The translations under genes and the position numbers were made by a program. The notes beneath the pieces are model-generated. The model ran no database searches. It was not told the origin of the DNA and saw nothing but the letters and a program-made list of their open reading frames with translations. Below, in pieces: positions 37,470-47,391 of a stretch of 64,000 nucleotides of DNA; the first letter of the stretch is position 1, and each line of letters starts with the position of its first letter. Source of the stretch: Obrimoposthia wandeli (lineage: Eukaryota); the NCBI GenBank assembly GCA_977020255.1, contig CDROCS010004085.1, positions 310,001 through 374,000 of the forward strand. The letters are read 5' to 3'.

Positions 37470-39262
37470 CGCATTCTGTTCTTCTCGACGTTACCCAACG
37501 TATTATTGAACGTAGCCAAGCAACACGCGCGGCTTTTTTTGCGAAAATGGATGAACAAGCGGCTGCAGGTAAAGGGCGAGCACAGTTATCATGCGGTAAC
37601 TTAGCCCACGCAGTGGCGGCTTCGTGTAACAGTGAAAAAACCGCAATTCTTAATTTTACTCACGCTAATGTGGGCATTGTGACAGCGTACAATGATATGT
37701 TAAGTGCGCATCAAACCTATAAAGATTACCCTGATCAAATCAAGACGACCTTGAACCTTCAAGGGCACACTGCGCAAGTTGCTGGTGGTGTACCTGCGAT
37801 GTGTGATGGCGTAACGCAAGGGCAAGCAGGCATGGATATGTCGCTATTCTCTCGCGATTTGATTGCCCAATCGACCGCCTTTTCGTTGAGTCATAATGTG
37901 TTCGATGCCACACTGTTACTGGGTATCTGTGATAAAATTGCGCCGGGGCAGTTAATGGGCGCTTTGACCTACGGACACCTACCGACGGCATTTATTCCTG
38001 CGGGGCCTATGTCGACGGGCATTACGAACGAAGAAAAAGTCGATGTTCGCCAAAAATTTGTAGCCGGCAAAGTAGGTAAAGATGCACTGCAAAAAATGGA
38101 GTGCAATGCCTATCACTCGTCAGGCACTTGTACCTTTTATGGCACCGCGAATACCAATCAGTTGGTGTTTGAAGCAATGGGACTTATGTTGCCGGGTTCT
38201 GCTTTTGTGCATCCATTATCACCACTTCGTACTGCACTGACTGATTATGCCGCAACACGTATTGCTGCGATGACGGCAGATACACCTTCTTATCGCCCAT
38301 TGCGTGATGTGTTCACCGAGAAAAGTCTGGTTAACGGGTTAGTGGCGTTATTGGCATCGGGTGGTAGTACGAACCACAGTATCCATATGATCGCGATTGC
38401 GCGTGCCGCTGGTCTTATTCTGACGTGGGAAGATCTCAGTGATTTGTCTGATGTAGTGCCATTATTGGTGAAGGTGTATCCGAACGGGCCTGCCGACATT
38501 AACGCATTTGAAGCGGCAGGTGGTGTGCCAGCATTAATGAAGCGCTTGCACGAAAGTGGTTTACTGCATACTGATGTTATCCCTGCCTTTGGGTCGTTTG
38601 AACAACAATTGATGTCACCAAGCCTCGAAGGTGAAAATGTTATCTGGCAAGCGCGCGGGGAAACGACGAACCCAGAGGTTGTTGCTGTTAGCGGCAAAGT
38701 ATTCCAAAGTACGGGTGGCACAAAAGTATTAAACGGTAATCTAGGGCGTGCAGTGATCAAGGTATCAGCTGTTGCAGAAGAATACCGTGTGGTTGAAGCG
38801 CCAGCTAAAGTGTTTACTTCGCAACATGATGTGGAAGCTGCGTATAAAGCCGGCGAACTGAACCAAGATAGCATTATCGTGGTGACGCATAATGGTCCTG
38901 CGGCGAATGGCATGCCAGAACTTCATAAGTTAATGCCTATTTTAGGTAATATTCAAAAAGCTGGTTTTAAAGTGGCGTTGGTTACTGATGGGCGCTTATC
39001 GGGCGCATCAGGTAAAATTCCTGCTGCTATCCATGTGTCACCAGAAGCATTGCGTGGTGGTGTTATAGGATTGATCCAAGACGGCGATATAGTGCGACTC
39101 GATTGTGTAAGTGGGCAATTGGATGTGTTGGCCGATATGCAGCATCGAACAGTGGATAAGATCGATACGGAATCACGCCAAATGACGTGGGGACGTGACA
39201 TCTTCAAAATCATGCGTGAAAACGTATCGAGTGCTGAGCACGGTGCATCATTTCTTTATTAA
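37466..39262 (+). CDS. edd: Phosphogluconate dehydratase
   Basis: SCGNLAH, YNDMLSAH, PAMCDGVTQG, CDKIAPG, GMPELHKL, TDGRLSGASG. Confidence 0.97.
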   Translation: MTHSVLLDVTQRIIERSQATRAAFFAKMDEQAAAGKGRAQLSCGNLAHAVAASCNSEKTAILNFTHANVGIVTAYNDMLSAHQTYKDYPDQIKTTLNLQGHTAQVAGGVPAMCDGVTQGQAGMDMSLFSRDLIAQSTAFSLSHNVFDATLLLGICDKIAPGQLMGALTYGHLPTAFIPAGPMSTGITNEEKVDVRQKFVAGKVGKDALQKMECNAYHSSGTCTFYGTANTNQLVFEAMGLMLPGSAFVHPLSPLRTALTDYAATRIAAMTADTPSYRPLRDVFTEKSLVNGLVALLASGGSTNHSIHMIAIARAAGLILTWEDLSDLSDVVPLLVKVYPNGPADINAFEAAGGVPALMKRLHESGLLHTDVIPAFGSFEQQLMSPSLEGENVIWQARGETTNPEVVAVSGKVFQSTGGTKVLNGNLGRAVIKVSAVAEEYRVVEAPAKVFTSQHDVEAAYKAGELNQDSIIVVTHNGPAANGMPELHKLMPILGNIQKAGFKVALVTDGRLSGASGKIPAAIHVSPEALRGGVIGLIQDGDIVRLDCVSGQLDVLADMQHRTVDKIDTESRQMTWGRDIFKIMRENVSSAEHGASFLY

Positions 39263-39437
39263 GTAATCATCTAACAATCTTAATTAATATCTGACTATCT
39301 ACTTCGCAATAATGGTAGCGCTGCTATGGAAAGGCTTTTTAATAAAAAGCCTTTCTCTAAAATTCAATTTTTCAATCTGGGCATTATTTTTTTTTGATTC
39401 AACACGCTAAGATAACGGCTGAATTGAATAAGCAATT

Positions 39438-41402
39438 ATGTTTTTTATGCAGCCTAATCAAGCATTGACCAAAGAGATTTGGAACGCTTTTGTATCCCAA
39501 TCATCAGCAGAAGCTGAACTTCCTAATATTGAACCGCACTTACAGCAAGTCTGGGCTAGATGTCGTCGACAGCAACGTCATGATCATTGGTCGATGCCTC
39601 ATCGGGCTAAAGGGGTAACCTATGCTTCGATACAAAAAAGTAAAGCTTCGTTTTTAAATATTGCCATACCTGCTATTGAAGATATTTATGAATATCTAGA
39701 AAGCGAGAGCTGTGCTTTTGTTATTAGCGATGAAGCTGGTTGTACTCTGTATTTATGTGCAGACAGTGCGATGAAAGTAAAACTTGATGCGCTTGGCATT
39801 CAGGAAGGGGTTTACTGGCGAGAAGGCATTATGGGTAATAATGCCATTTCTAGTGCTATGCATTTAGCGAAAGCGACTAAAACGGCTGGTTTTGAGCATT
39901 TCAAGGAAGCGTTACATGGCTTCGCCGTATATGCAGCCCCAGTATTTGGTGATACTGGAACCGCGCTAGGCTGCGTCGCGTTGGTTTTGCCTGTCGAAAA
40001 AGCCAGTGTTTCTGCATTGGGCTTAATTCATTCAGCTTCTCGTGATATTGCAAGCCAAATGCAGGCAGAGAGTATGCTTACCGAATCTAATCAGCACCTG
40101 TCTGAAGTGCATGTTTTACTTGAAGGTGTTGAGGAAGGTGTACTTGCATGGTATCCCAATGGAAAAATTCATTATTTGAATCAAAAAGGTTGCGACCTTT
40201 TGGGGCTTACGGCCAGTGAATTAGGGAGAGAAATCAGTTCGGTACTCACTATGCCTCAGCGTGTTCATCAAGCTATTAAACAGGGGGTTGGACTAGATAT
40301 GGTTGATACGACCATTGAAAGTAAAGGTCGGCTTATTTCTTTAGTCATGTCGCTAAAAATTGTGAGAAATGCCCAAAATACAACTCATTGCTATATTGCT
40401 CTGCTTTACCCTATTGAGCATATTCGCGATTTAGTGCATCAGCATGTTGGCAACCGGGCAAGATTGACCTTTGACGATATTGTTGGGGTTTCGGATGCTA
40501 TGTTGCGGGTAGTTCGGCAAGCACGCTATGCAGCAAAAGGACGAGGCCCTGTTTTGCTTCATGGTGAAGATGGCATTGGGAAAAGTCACCTTGCTCAAGC
40601 TATTCATAATGGCAGTGATAGGCATGGTCAGCCGTTCATTGCCATAAACTGTCAAGCCATTCCCAAAGAGCTTATGGCGAGTGAATTTTTAGGTTCAGCA
40701 CTAGAGAGTGAGCACTCTTCTGTGTCGAAGTTTGAACTGGCTAATGGCGGTACTTTGTTTCTCGATCAAGTGGAATGCTTGTCTTCCGAGGTACAAGCAG
40801 CCTTGCTTCACTTACTCAAGACAGGGCTAATCAATCGTATGAACGGTAATATTGTCTCTGTGGATGTGCGTATTGTTGCCACATCGAACGTCGACTTAGA
40901 TCAGTATGTAGTGGAAAAACATTTTCGTAGGCAGCTTCTTTTGGAGCTGCAAACGTTTGATATTCACGTATCTCCGCTTCGCGACCGAATTGAAGATGTG
41001 CCTATACTCGTTGAACGAAAACTGACTCATTTGGAAGCTGAAAAGAAAACATCACTTACTCTTAGTCAAGAAGCGTTGTCGTTTTTAATGCGATACCGTT
41101 GGCCGGGAAACCATCGGGAACTGCGAAATGTAATCGAGCGGTCTGCCAACTTTTCGGATGGTAGTGTCATTAGAGTTAAAGACTTACCTGACATTATTCT
41201 TACAGCGACAGATCATGGTCAGATAGGTGATAAGCCTTTGCATTCAAACAATTTGGCTGATTCAGAAAAGGTGACAATTATTCGTTCAGCCTTAGATTGC
41301 CGAGGGAAAACCGGCTCTATGTGTGAAGATTTAAAGGTGGGTCGTACGACGTTGTGGCGCAAGCTCAAAAATTACGATATTGACGTGAATGATTATAAAT
41401 AA
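39438..41402 (+). CDS. dhaR: Dihydroxyacetone kinase operon activator (GAF-PAS-AAA+-HTH)
   Basis: GAF, PAS, Walker A GEDGIGKS, ELANGGTLFLD, WPGNHREL, Fis HTH; GAFTGA absent as in E. coli DhaR; adjacent to dhaKLM. Confidence 0.9.
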   Translation: MFFMQPNQALTKEIWNAFVSQSSAEAELPNIEPHLQQVWARCRRQQRHDHWSMPHRAKGVTYASIQKSKASFLNIAIPAIEDIYEYLESESCAFVISDEAGCTLYLCADSAMKVKLDALGIQEGVYWREGIMGNNAISSAMHLAKATKTAGFEHFKEALHGFAVYAAPVFGDTGTALGCVALVLPVEKASVSALGLIHSASRDIASQMQAESMLTESNQHLSEVHVLLEGVEEGVLAWYPNGKIHYLNQKGCDLLGLTASELGREISSVLTMPQRVHQAIKQGVGLDMVDTTIESKGRLISLVMSLKIVRNAQNTTHCYIALLYPIEHIRDLVHQHVGNRARLTFDDIVGVSDAMLRVVRQARYAAKGRGPVLLHGEDGIGKSHLAQAIHNGSDRHGQPFIAINCQAIPKELMASEFLGSALESEHSSVSKFELANGGTLFLDQVECLSSEVQAALLHLLKTGLINRMNGNIVSVDVRIVATSNVDLDQYVVEKHFRRQLLLELQTFDIHVSPLRDRIEDVPILVERKLTHLEAEKKTSLTLSQEALSFLMRYRWPGNHRELRNVIERSANFSDGSVIRVKDLPDIILTATDHGQIGDKPLHSNNLADSEKVTIIRSALDCRGKTGSMCEDLKVGRTTLWRKLKNYDIDVNDYK

Positions 41403-41412
41403 TCAGAAATAA

Positions 41413-41435
41413 ACACCGCACATTATGTGCGGTGT
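41413..41435. terminator. Hairpin between convergent dhaR and dhaM
   Basis: ACACCGCACAT-T-ATGTGCGGTGT. Confidence 0.6.
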
Positions 41436-41469
41436 GTTAGTTGATAGTGGCCACTTAGATCACGGCCAC

Positions 41470-43977
41470 TTAGAGTATGGTCAATATTTGCTGTAAGGTA
41501 TCGGCATTCAGGATCTCTTTCGCTTTCTGTTCTGCTTGTTGGTGGTGGGTTGCACGTACGGCCTGTTTAACTGCTGCAATACGGATTGGGCTCATACTCA
41601 GTTTATCAATTCCCATTCCTATCAGCATCTCTGTTAGCGTTGGATCACCAGCCATTTCTCCGCATATCCCAATAGTGATGCCAGCATCATGTGCAGCTTT
41701 AACCGCGAGTTCAATCATACGTAGCACAGCAGGCTGAGTGGCAGAGACTAAATACGAAACCGCATTATTGCCTCTGTCTGCAGCCATCACATACTGAGTG
41801 AGATCGTTGGTACCGATACTGAAGAAATTGACTTCTTTAGCTAACTGCTTGGCATTGGCTACCGCAGCTGGCACTTCAATCATAATACCAATGTCAGGAA
41901 TGGCAGTTGATACACCGTCACGCTGTAATGCGTTATGGCAGTCATTAAGTAGAGATTTCGCTTGATGTAATTCCTCTGGAGTAGAAACCATTGGAAACAT
42001 CACATGCAAATTCGGGTGTTTAGCTCTTGCTCGAAGCAAGGCATTGAGCTGTACTTTGAATAATTCTTCATTTTGCAAACATAATCGCAAACCTCGGCAA
42101 CCAAGGAATGGGTTATCTTCGTGCCCTTGCTGCAAATAGGCTAAAGGTTTATCGCCACCAATATCGAGTGTGCGTATGATCACTGGTTTTTTATCAAATG
42201 CGTGAGCTATTTGGGAATAGAATTCATATTGGTCTTGTTCGGACGGTGCTTGCTCGCGTTCCATAAAAAGAAATTCGCTACGGACTAACCCAACACCTTC
42301 GGCACCGCTATTCAGTGCTTGTTCCACATCTTCTAAAGTGGCAAGGTTAGCAAAAACATCCACTGAAGCACCGTCTAGCGTATACGCTTTTTCCATCACC
42401 TTTGTTTGGGCTTGCTCTTTCTGTTGCTGCTGCTTTTCAAGCTCTTTTTGTGCACTTTCTAGTTGCAGCGACGTAGGTGATAACCACACTTCTCCGCTGC
42501 CCCCATTAATGACTGCGACGTTGCCTTCTCGGCTACGAGACATCAAGTTATTGAGTCCTGTAATTGCTGGAATACCTAATGCCCGAGCAAGAATAGCGGA
42601 GTGTGACGTACTTCCTCCTTGCTCTAGGATAATCCCTTTGATCATCGCTGGATCAAGTTGTGCGGTATCTGATGGTGATAAGTCAACGGCAGCTAAAATC
42701 ACTGGATCAGTCAGTACGATTTTTTGTTCAGCTTCCCCGATGAGTAATCTCATTACGCGGCGACCAATATCGTAAATATCTTTGGCACGTGCCTGCATAT
42801 ATTCACTAGAAACGTCTTTGTAAGCTTGCGCTGTCTGCTCAATAATTGATGACCAAGCAGTTTCCACATTGATTTGATTGCTGAGCTGTTGTGCAATTTG
42901 ATTGCTAAGATCAGGATCCGCCAACATAGTGCTATGAGCTGTAAAAATATCACTTTCTGATTTTGAGCCAGCGAGGGCAGTTCGATCTGCTAATTGGGCG
43001 AGTTCTTGCTGAGCGGCATCACTGGCTTCAGTGTATAACGTCCATTCCTGCTCATAACTTAGATAGCGACGATCTCGTGCTTTAGGCATTGCTGCGCGGT
43101 AGTGCCAGATTGGAGCGATAGCGATTCCTTCTGATATAGCTATGGCTGTTAAGCATCCATGTTCATCTTCAATGATATCGGTGATTTGATTAACTGTATT
43201 AACGCTATTTTGCTTATTCATGACATCGATTTGTTTATCTATCGATTCATTGAAATGGTTATGTGCGAGCAATTGAAATGCTTGTAATGCCTGTTGTGCT
43301 TCTTTACCACTGGCAATACACGCTAAGGTGTCGCCTTGTTTTACATCTAATAGCGCAATACTGTTAATGCTCTTGGCGCTAACGCGTCTGTCGTGGCAAC
43401 GTAGCCATATTTGAGCATCAAATGCGCTGATAGCACCAACAATCGCAGAAGCAGGTCTGGCATGAATGCCATGGGGGTTTTGTACCAGCCATTCAATTTC
43501 TGTCTCGTTTTCACTGTCAGCGGGAGTTGGTAGAACATCGGTTGGTATACCGTTCGGTAGCTTCGCGCTTTGGTTCAACAGTTGATATTTTGCGAGTAAT
43601 GCATTGTGTGCTTCATTAGTGACTTCTTCGAGAGACATGCCAGCAGCGGCGGCAACACTTGCTGACATTGCTCCTTCAATGAGCGGTGCAGCACAGATGT
43701 GCACATTCGCAGCTTGTTCACTGCCCATAAGCTCTAAGGCCATGTCAGTACTTAATATTGCGCTACCCATATCCACGAGAACCAAAACACCTTCGGGTGA
43801 ATATACCTCTTCAATCGCCATCATGATGGCTATCGCATCGGTACCAATGGGATTTTCAGGATCATCGACGCCAGCAGCGACAGCGATTTGGACTTTCCCT
43901 TGTGTCATCTGTTCAGCCAGCGCATGAACGCCTTTGGCTAAATCTGGGCTGTGGGAAACAATTACAATACTGACCAT
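41470..43977 (-). CDS. dhaM: DhaM multidomain phosphotransferase: EIIA(Dha), HPr and a complete Enzyme I
   Basis: IVSHS, NPHGIHARPA, GGSTSHSAIL, GVGLVRSEFLF, RTLDIGGDK, MIEVPAA, SIGTNDLTQY, GICGEMAGD. Confidence 0.93.
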   Translation of the reverse strand: MVSIVIVSHSPDLAKGVHALAEQMTQGKVQIAVAAGVDDPENPIGTDAIAIMMAIEEVYSPEGVLVLVDMGSAILSTDMALELMGSEQAANVHICAAPLIEGAMSASVAAAAGMSLEEVTNEAHNALLAKYQLLNQSAKLPNGIPTDVLPTPADSENETEIEWLVQNPHGIHARPASAIVGAISAFDAQIWLRCHDRRVSAKSINSIALLDVKQGDTLACIASGKEAQQALQAFQLLAHNHFNESIDKQIDVMNKQNSVNTVNQITDIIEDEHGCLTAIAISEGIAIAPIWHYRAAMPKARDRRYLSYEQEWTLYTEASDAAQQELAQLADRTALAGSKSESDIFTAHSTMLADPDLSNQIAQQLSNQINVETAWSSIIEQTAQAYKDVSSEYMQARAKDIYDIGRRVMRLLIGEAEQKIVLTDPVILAAVDLSPSDTAQLDPAMIKGIILEQGGSTSHSAILARALGIPAITGLNNLMSRSREGNVAVINGGSGEVWLSPTSLQLESAQKELEKQQQQKEQAQTKVMEKAYTLDGASVDVFANLATLEDVEQALNSGAEGVGLVRSEFLFMEREQAPSEQDQYEFYSQIAHAFDKKPVIIRTLDIGGDKPLAYLQQGHEDNPFLGCRGLRLCLQNEELFKVQLNALLRARAKHPNLHVMFPMVSTPEELHQAKSLLNDCHNALQRDGVSTAIPDIGIMIEVPAAVANAKQLAKEVNFFSIGTNDLTQYVMAADRGNNAVSYLVSATQPAVLRMIELAVKAAHDAGITIGICGEMAGDPTLTEMLIGMGIDKLSMSPIRIAAVKQAVRATHHQQAEQKAKEILNADTLQQILTIL

Positions 43978-44039
43978 AATTAAACCTTAAAGTGAGGTGG
44001 TGTAATACCACCTCGAACAGAAAAAAAGGAAGGAGAAGA

Positions 44040-44666
44040 TTATTGCGCTGAAGCGTTGCGTAGTGCCGTAAAAAGTAGGTAGGTGGATGTCGCGCCTGGG
44101 TCTTGATGACCAATAGAACGCTCCCCTAAATAGCTTGCTCGTCCTTTTCTTGCTTGCATTGGAATTGTGCTTTTCATTGCGACTTCAGCATTGGCAACGG
44201 CGGTATTTAGAGCATCATAAACGCTGATGTTTTGGTCTTGCTTTAGGCTTGTCATAATACCGTTCCAGGTATCAATCATGGTTTTCTCGCCCACCTCTGC
44301 TCTTCCGCGTTGAACAATTCCATCCATACCGTCTTGAAGCATTTTGGTCAGTTCAACAAGGCTGAGTTCTTCTTTAGACATTACGCTGGTTGCTGCGCGT
44401 ATAAAGAAAGTGCCATATAGTGGACCACTGGCTCCACCTATGCTTGATAGCAGTGTCATACCGGTGGTTTTCAAAATAGTGCCAATGTCTTTATCGGCAA
44501 CACTCGGTAATTTCTCTTTTACTTTTTGAAAACCACGGTTCATATTGAGCCCATGATCTGAATCACCAATTTCTCGGTCTAACTCCGTTAAGAAATCTTG
44601 CTCGTTTTGGAATACGTCAGCTGAATCTTCAAGCCACTGAACGATTTGTTGTTTGGTAATTGTCAT
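44040..44666 (-). CDS. dhaL: Dihydroxyacetone kinase ADP-binding subunit
   Basis: LDREIGDSDHGLNMNRGF, GGASGPLYGT, GRASYLGERSIGHQDPGATS. Confidence 0.96.
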   Translation of the reverse strand: MTITKQQIVQWLEDSADVFQNEQDFLTELDREIGDSDHGLNMNRGFQKVKEKLPSVADKDIGTILKTTGMTLLSSIGGASGPLYGTFFIRAATSVMSKEELSLVELTKMLQDGMDGIVQRGRAEVGEKTMIDTWNGIMTSLKQDQNISVYDALNTAVANAEVAMKSTIPMQARKGRASYLGERSIGHQDPGATSTYLLFTALRNASAQ

Positions 44667-44683
44667 CAGTTGTTCCTTAACGT

Positions 44684-45751
44684 TTAGCAGCCCCAGCGCA
44701 TTGCTGGTGTGTTAACGGGCATATCGAACAGAGATAACATTTCATCATCGACTTTTAGCACTGAGATAGAAATCCCTTGCATATCTAATGATGTGCAATA
44801 GCTGCCAATAAGGTTTCGTTCGATGTGTATCTCATGATTTTCCAGTATTTCAGCAACTTTTCGGTATACCATGTAGAGCTCAGATTGTGGTGTTGCCCCT
44901 AGGTTGTTCACCAGCACAATAACCTTATCGCCAGAATCGAGAGGCTCTGTGACCCAAGATTCGTCTTGCCATTCACCTAAATTATTATCCCAGCGGCGAA
45001 CAATACGTTCATAGGGAGTGTTATCTAATATCTCACTCATCATATCGGTAGTGATAGTGTCGCCATCAGTAAAGGCGCGACGTTCGATACCGGGTTCCCC
45101 ATGAATACCGACACCAAATTCAATTTCATTATCGGCTAACTCAAAACTTGGTTTACCAGCGGCAGGAACAGTACAAGCAGAAAGTGCAACACCAAATGAA
45201 CGTCCACGGTTAGCAATATGTTTAGCTAAAGTACTCATTTTATCGAGGTCATATCCCTCTTCAGCAGCTGCCCCTAGAATTTTCTCTGCCAGCACTGTGG
45301 TCGCAACGCCGCGTCGCCCTGCGGTATACAGGCTATCTTTCACTGCTACATCATCGTCGATCAGCGTCGCTTGTACTTTTACGCCCTCACCGTGAAGAAG
45401 TTCAACGGCTGTTTCAAAATTCAGTACATCGCCGGTATAGTTTTTAATAAGAAAGAGAATACCTTCACCAGTGTCGACCTTCTGTGCACATTCATACATT
45501 TGATCGGGTGTGGGTGATGTAAACATTTCACCAGGACAAGCACCATCAAGCATGCCTTTTCCTACATAACCACCGTGCATAGGTTCATGACCGCTTCCTC
45601 CCCCAGAGATAAGAGCAACCTTGGTTTTTTCTCGCTCTTTTCGCACGATATACATCGGATCTAGGTGTACGTCGAGGTCAGAATGAGCCTTTGCAATACC
45701 TTGAAGTTGCTCTTTAACCACTTGATCAATTTGATTAATCATCTTTTTCAT
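44684..45751 (-). CDS. dhaK: Dihydroxyacetone kinase DHA-binding subunit
   Basis: SGGGSGHEPMH, FTSPTPDQM, KNYTGD, GVGIHGEPG. Confidence 0.96.
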   Translation of the reverse strand: MKKMINQIDQVVKEQLQGIAKAHSDLDVHLDPMYIVRKEREKTKVALISGGGSGHEPMHGGYVGKGMLDGACPGEMFTSPTPDQMYECAQKVDTGEGILFLIKNYTGDVLNFETAVELLHGEGVKVQATLIDDDVAVKDSLYTAGRRGVATTVLAEKILGAAAEEGYDLDKMSTLAKHIANRGRSFGVALSACTVPAAGKPSFELADNEIEFGVGIHGEPGIERRAFTDGDTITTDMMSEILDNTPYERIVRRWDNNLGEWQDESWVTEPLDSGDKVIVLVNNLGATPQSELYMVYRKVAEILENHEIHIERNLIGSYCTSLDMQGISISVLKVDDEMLSLFDMPVNTPAMRWGC

Positions 45752-45969
45752 CGTTCTATCCTTGTTATTCTGCGTTGGGGCAGTTTATTTATTGGGTAAA
45801 AGGAAGTCGTAGTAAATCGCTCTTGAGCTGCACAGTAAGTACGGTATCTAAATTCCCAACTAAGGGAGGCACAACCCAGCGGTTTTGATTCATCGATGTT
45901 TATAAATTTACCTGTAATGTCAAAACTGATGGTATGCCAATAAGAGAAGAGGCGTTACTCCGGTTGCTA

Positions 45970-46019
45970 TGTTTCAAAATGGAACTGTATGGAAGAGCTT
46001 ATGTTCAATAATGAAACAT
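45970..46019. promoter_or_regulatory. Two candidate DhaR (Fis-type HTH) upstream sites
   Basis: TGTTTCAAAATGGAACT and ATGTTCAATAATGAAACAT imperfect inverted repeats about 220-270 bp upstream of dhaK. Confidence 0.45.
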
Positions 46020-46205
46020 GTGTTGAGTTAGGGGGGCCGATTCTTGAGCTAAAGCATGCTTTGGGCTTGTTATCTGGAATAGATAATGATGATAGCGAGT
46101 AGGCGCTAAGCTTATTGGGGTGTATTGATGTGTAAGTTTGCTACTAGGGTCACAAATAATATTGGTAATAATGAGGAGTAGTATACCCCCCATATTTATA
46201 TTGTA

Positions 46206-47213
46206 TTAAAGGCTTTCACCTTCCGTTACCGTGAAGCCCATGTCAAAAACCTTTTGCTCGATCACATTACCGGTTATCGCTGAAAGTAAGAGCTGCGCGC
46301 TCTTTTCACCTATTTCATACCTTGGTGTAGAGATGCTAGTCAGTTTAGGTGACATGGCTTGACCAACGTCTAATGCGTTATAGCCTACAACACTAATTTG
46401 ATTAGGTACTGAAATCCCTTGAGCTTGGCAAGCCATGATCGTACCGATGGCGATATCATCGTTGGTACAAAAGATGCCATTAAGGTTTGGCTGTTCAGTT
46501 AAGGCGCGATCAAGTAATTCACGACCTAACGTAAAGCTAGAGTGTTCTTCCGTTAAAATATGAACAGGCTCAAGGTTGGCTTCTTGTATTGCACGATCGT
46601 AGCCGTTCATTCGCAATTGTGTTCGTGTATCAAGGCGAGCGCCAAAGTACACCGTGTTTCGTTTCCCTGTTTTAATCATTTCTTTTACAACGGTATACGC
46701 TGCATGTTCGTGATTTAACCCTACCGCCATATCAATTGGATTTTTAGGTAGTTCCATTGCTTCAACAACCGGAATGCCAGCTGTTTTAATCATTTGAAGG
46801 GTACGAGTAGTATGGTCGGTACTGGTTAAAATTAGCCCATCAACTTGGTATGACAATAGGGCGGCAATTTTGCTCTCTTCTTCCTCTTCGCTATAGCTGA
46901 AGTGGGCGATCAAGGTTTCGTAGCCATTGGCTTTGGTTACGGTTTCAATACCTTGTGCAAAATTAGCAAACACTTGGTTGGATAAAGAAGGCAACAAAAC
47001 ACCAATCGCTTTGCTGGATGATTTTGAAAGCATTGCAGGTGCACGGTTTTGGATATATCCCAATTCTTCTACGATTTTCGCAATTTTTTCTCGGGTTGCC
47101 ACTGCCACCGATTCAGGGTTCCTCATGTAACGGCTAACCGTCATTTTGGTGATACCAATACGGTCGGCGATATCTTGTAGAGTAGGGCGAGATTTACGGT
47201 TATCTGTGCTCAT
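46206..47213 (-). CDS. gntR: Gluconate repressor GntR (LacI family)
   Basis: RPTLQDIADRIGITKMTVSRYMRNP; IGVLLPSLSNQVFA; likely start 47213. Confidence 0.95.
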   Translation of the reverse strand: MSTDNRKSRPTLQDIADRIGITKMTVSRYMRNPESVAVATREKIAKIVEELGYIQNRAPAMLSKSSSKAIGVLLPSLSNQVFANFAQGIETVTKANGYETLIAHFSYSEEEEESKIAALLSYQVDGLILTSTDHTTRTLQMIKTAGIPVVEAMELPKNPIDMAVGLNHEHAAYTVVKEMIKTGKRNTVYFGARLDTRTQLRMNGYDRAIQEANLEPVHILTEEHSSFTLGRELLDRALTEQPNLNGIFCTNDDIAIGTIMACQAQGISVPNQISVVGYNALDVGQAMSPKLTSISTPRYEIGEKSAQLLLSAITGNVIEQKVFDMGFTVTEGESL

Positions 47214-47391
47214 GCTAATGTTCTCATTAAATGTTACTGTAACATTACCATCTAAGCGACTGTGGTTACAATAAAAAAGCAGCACTTACTCATCCGGTTA
47301 CTGTCCGAAATAGTAAGCGCTGCTTAAAATCAATGATGGTTAATAGCCAGAGTTAATAGTCAGAATTAATGACGACTGTTTTGATCTGTTA

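Noticed and set aside
38290-38913. 207-aa antisense ORF inside edd (and similar shadow ORFs such as 24359-24790, 36212-36589 and 42338-42775)
   Set aside because: Entirely antisense to well-conserved genes, no recognisable motifs; expected from codon structure.
45752-45970. Sigma-54 promoter for dhaKLM
   Set aside because: TTGGCATACC lacks a correctly spaced TTGC, and DhaR lacks GAFTGA, consistent with sigma-70 activation.
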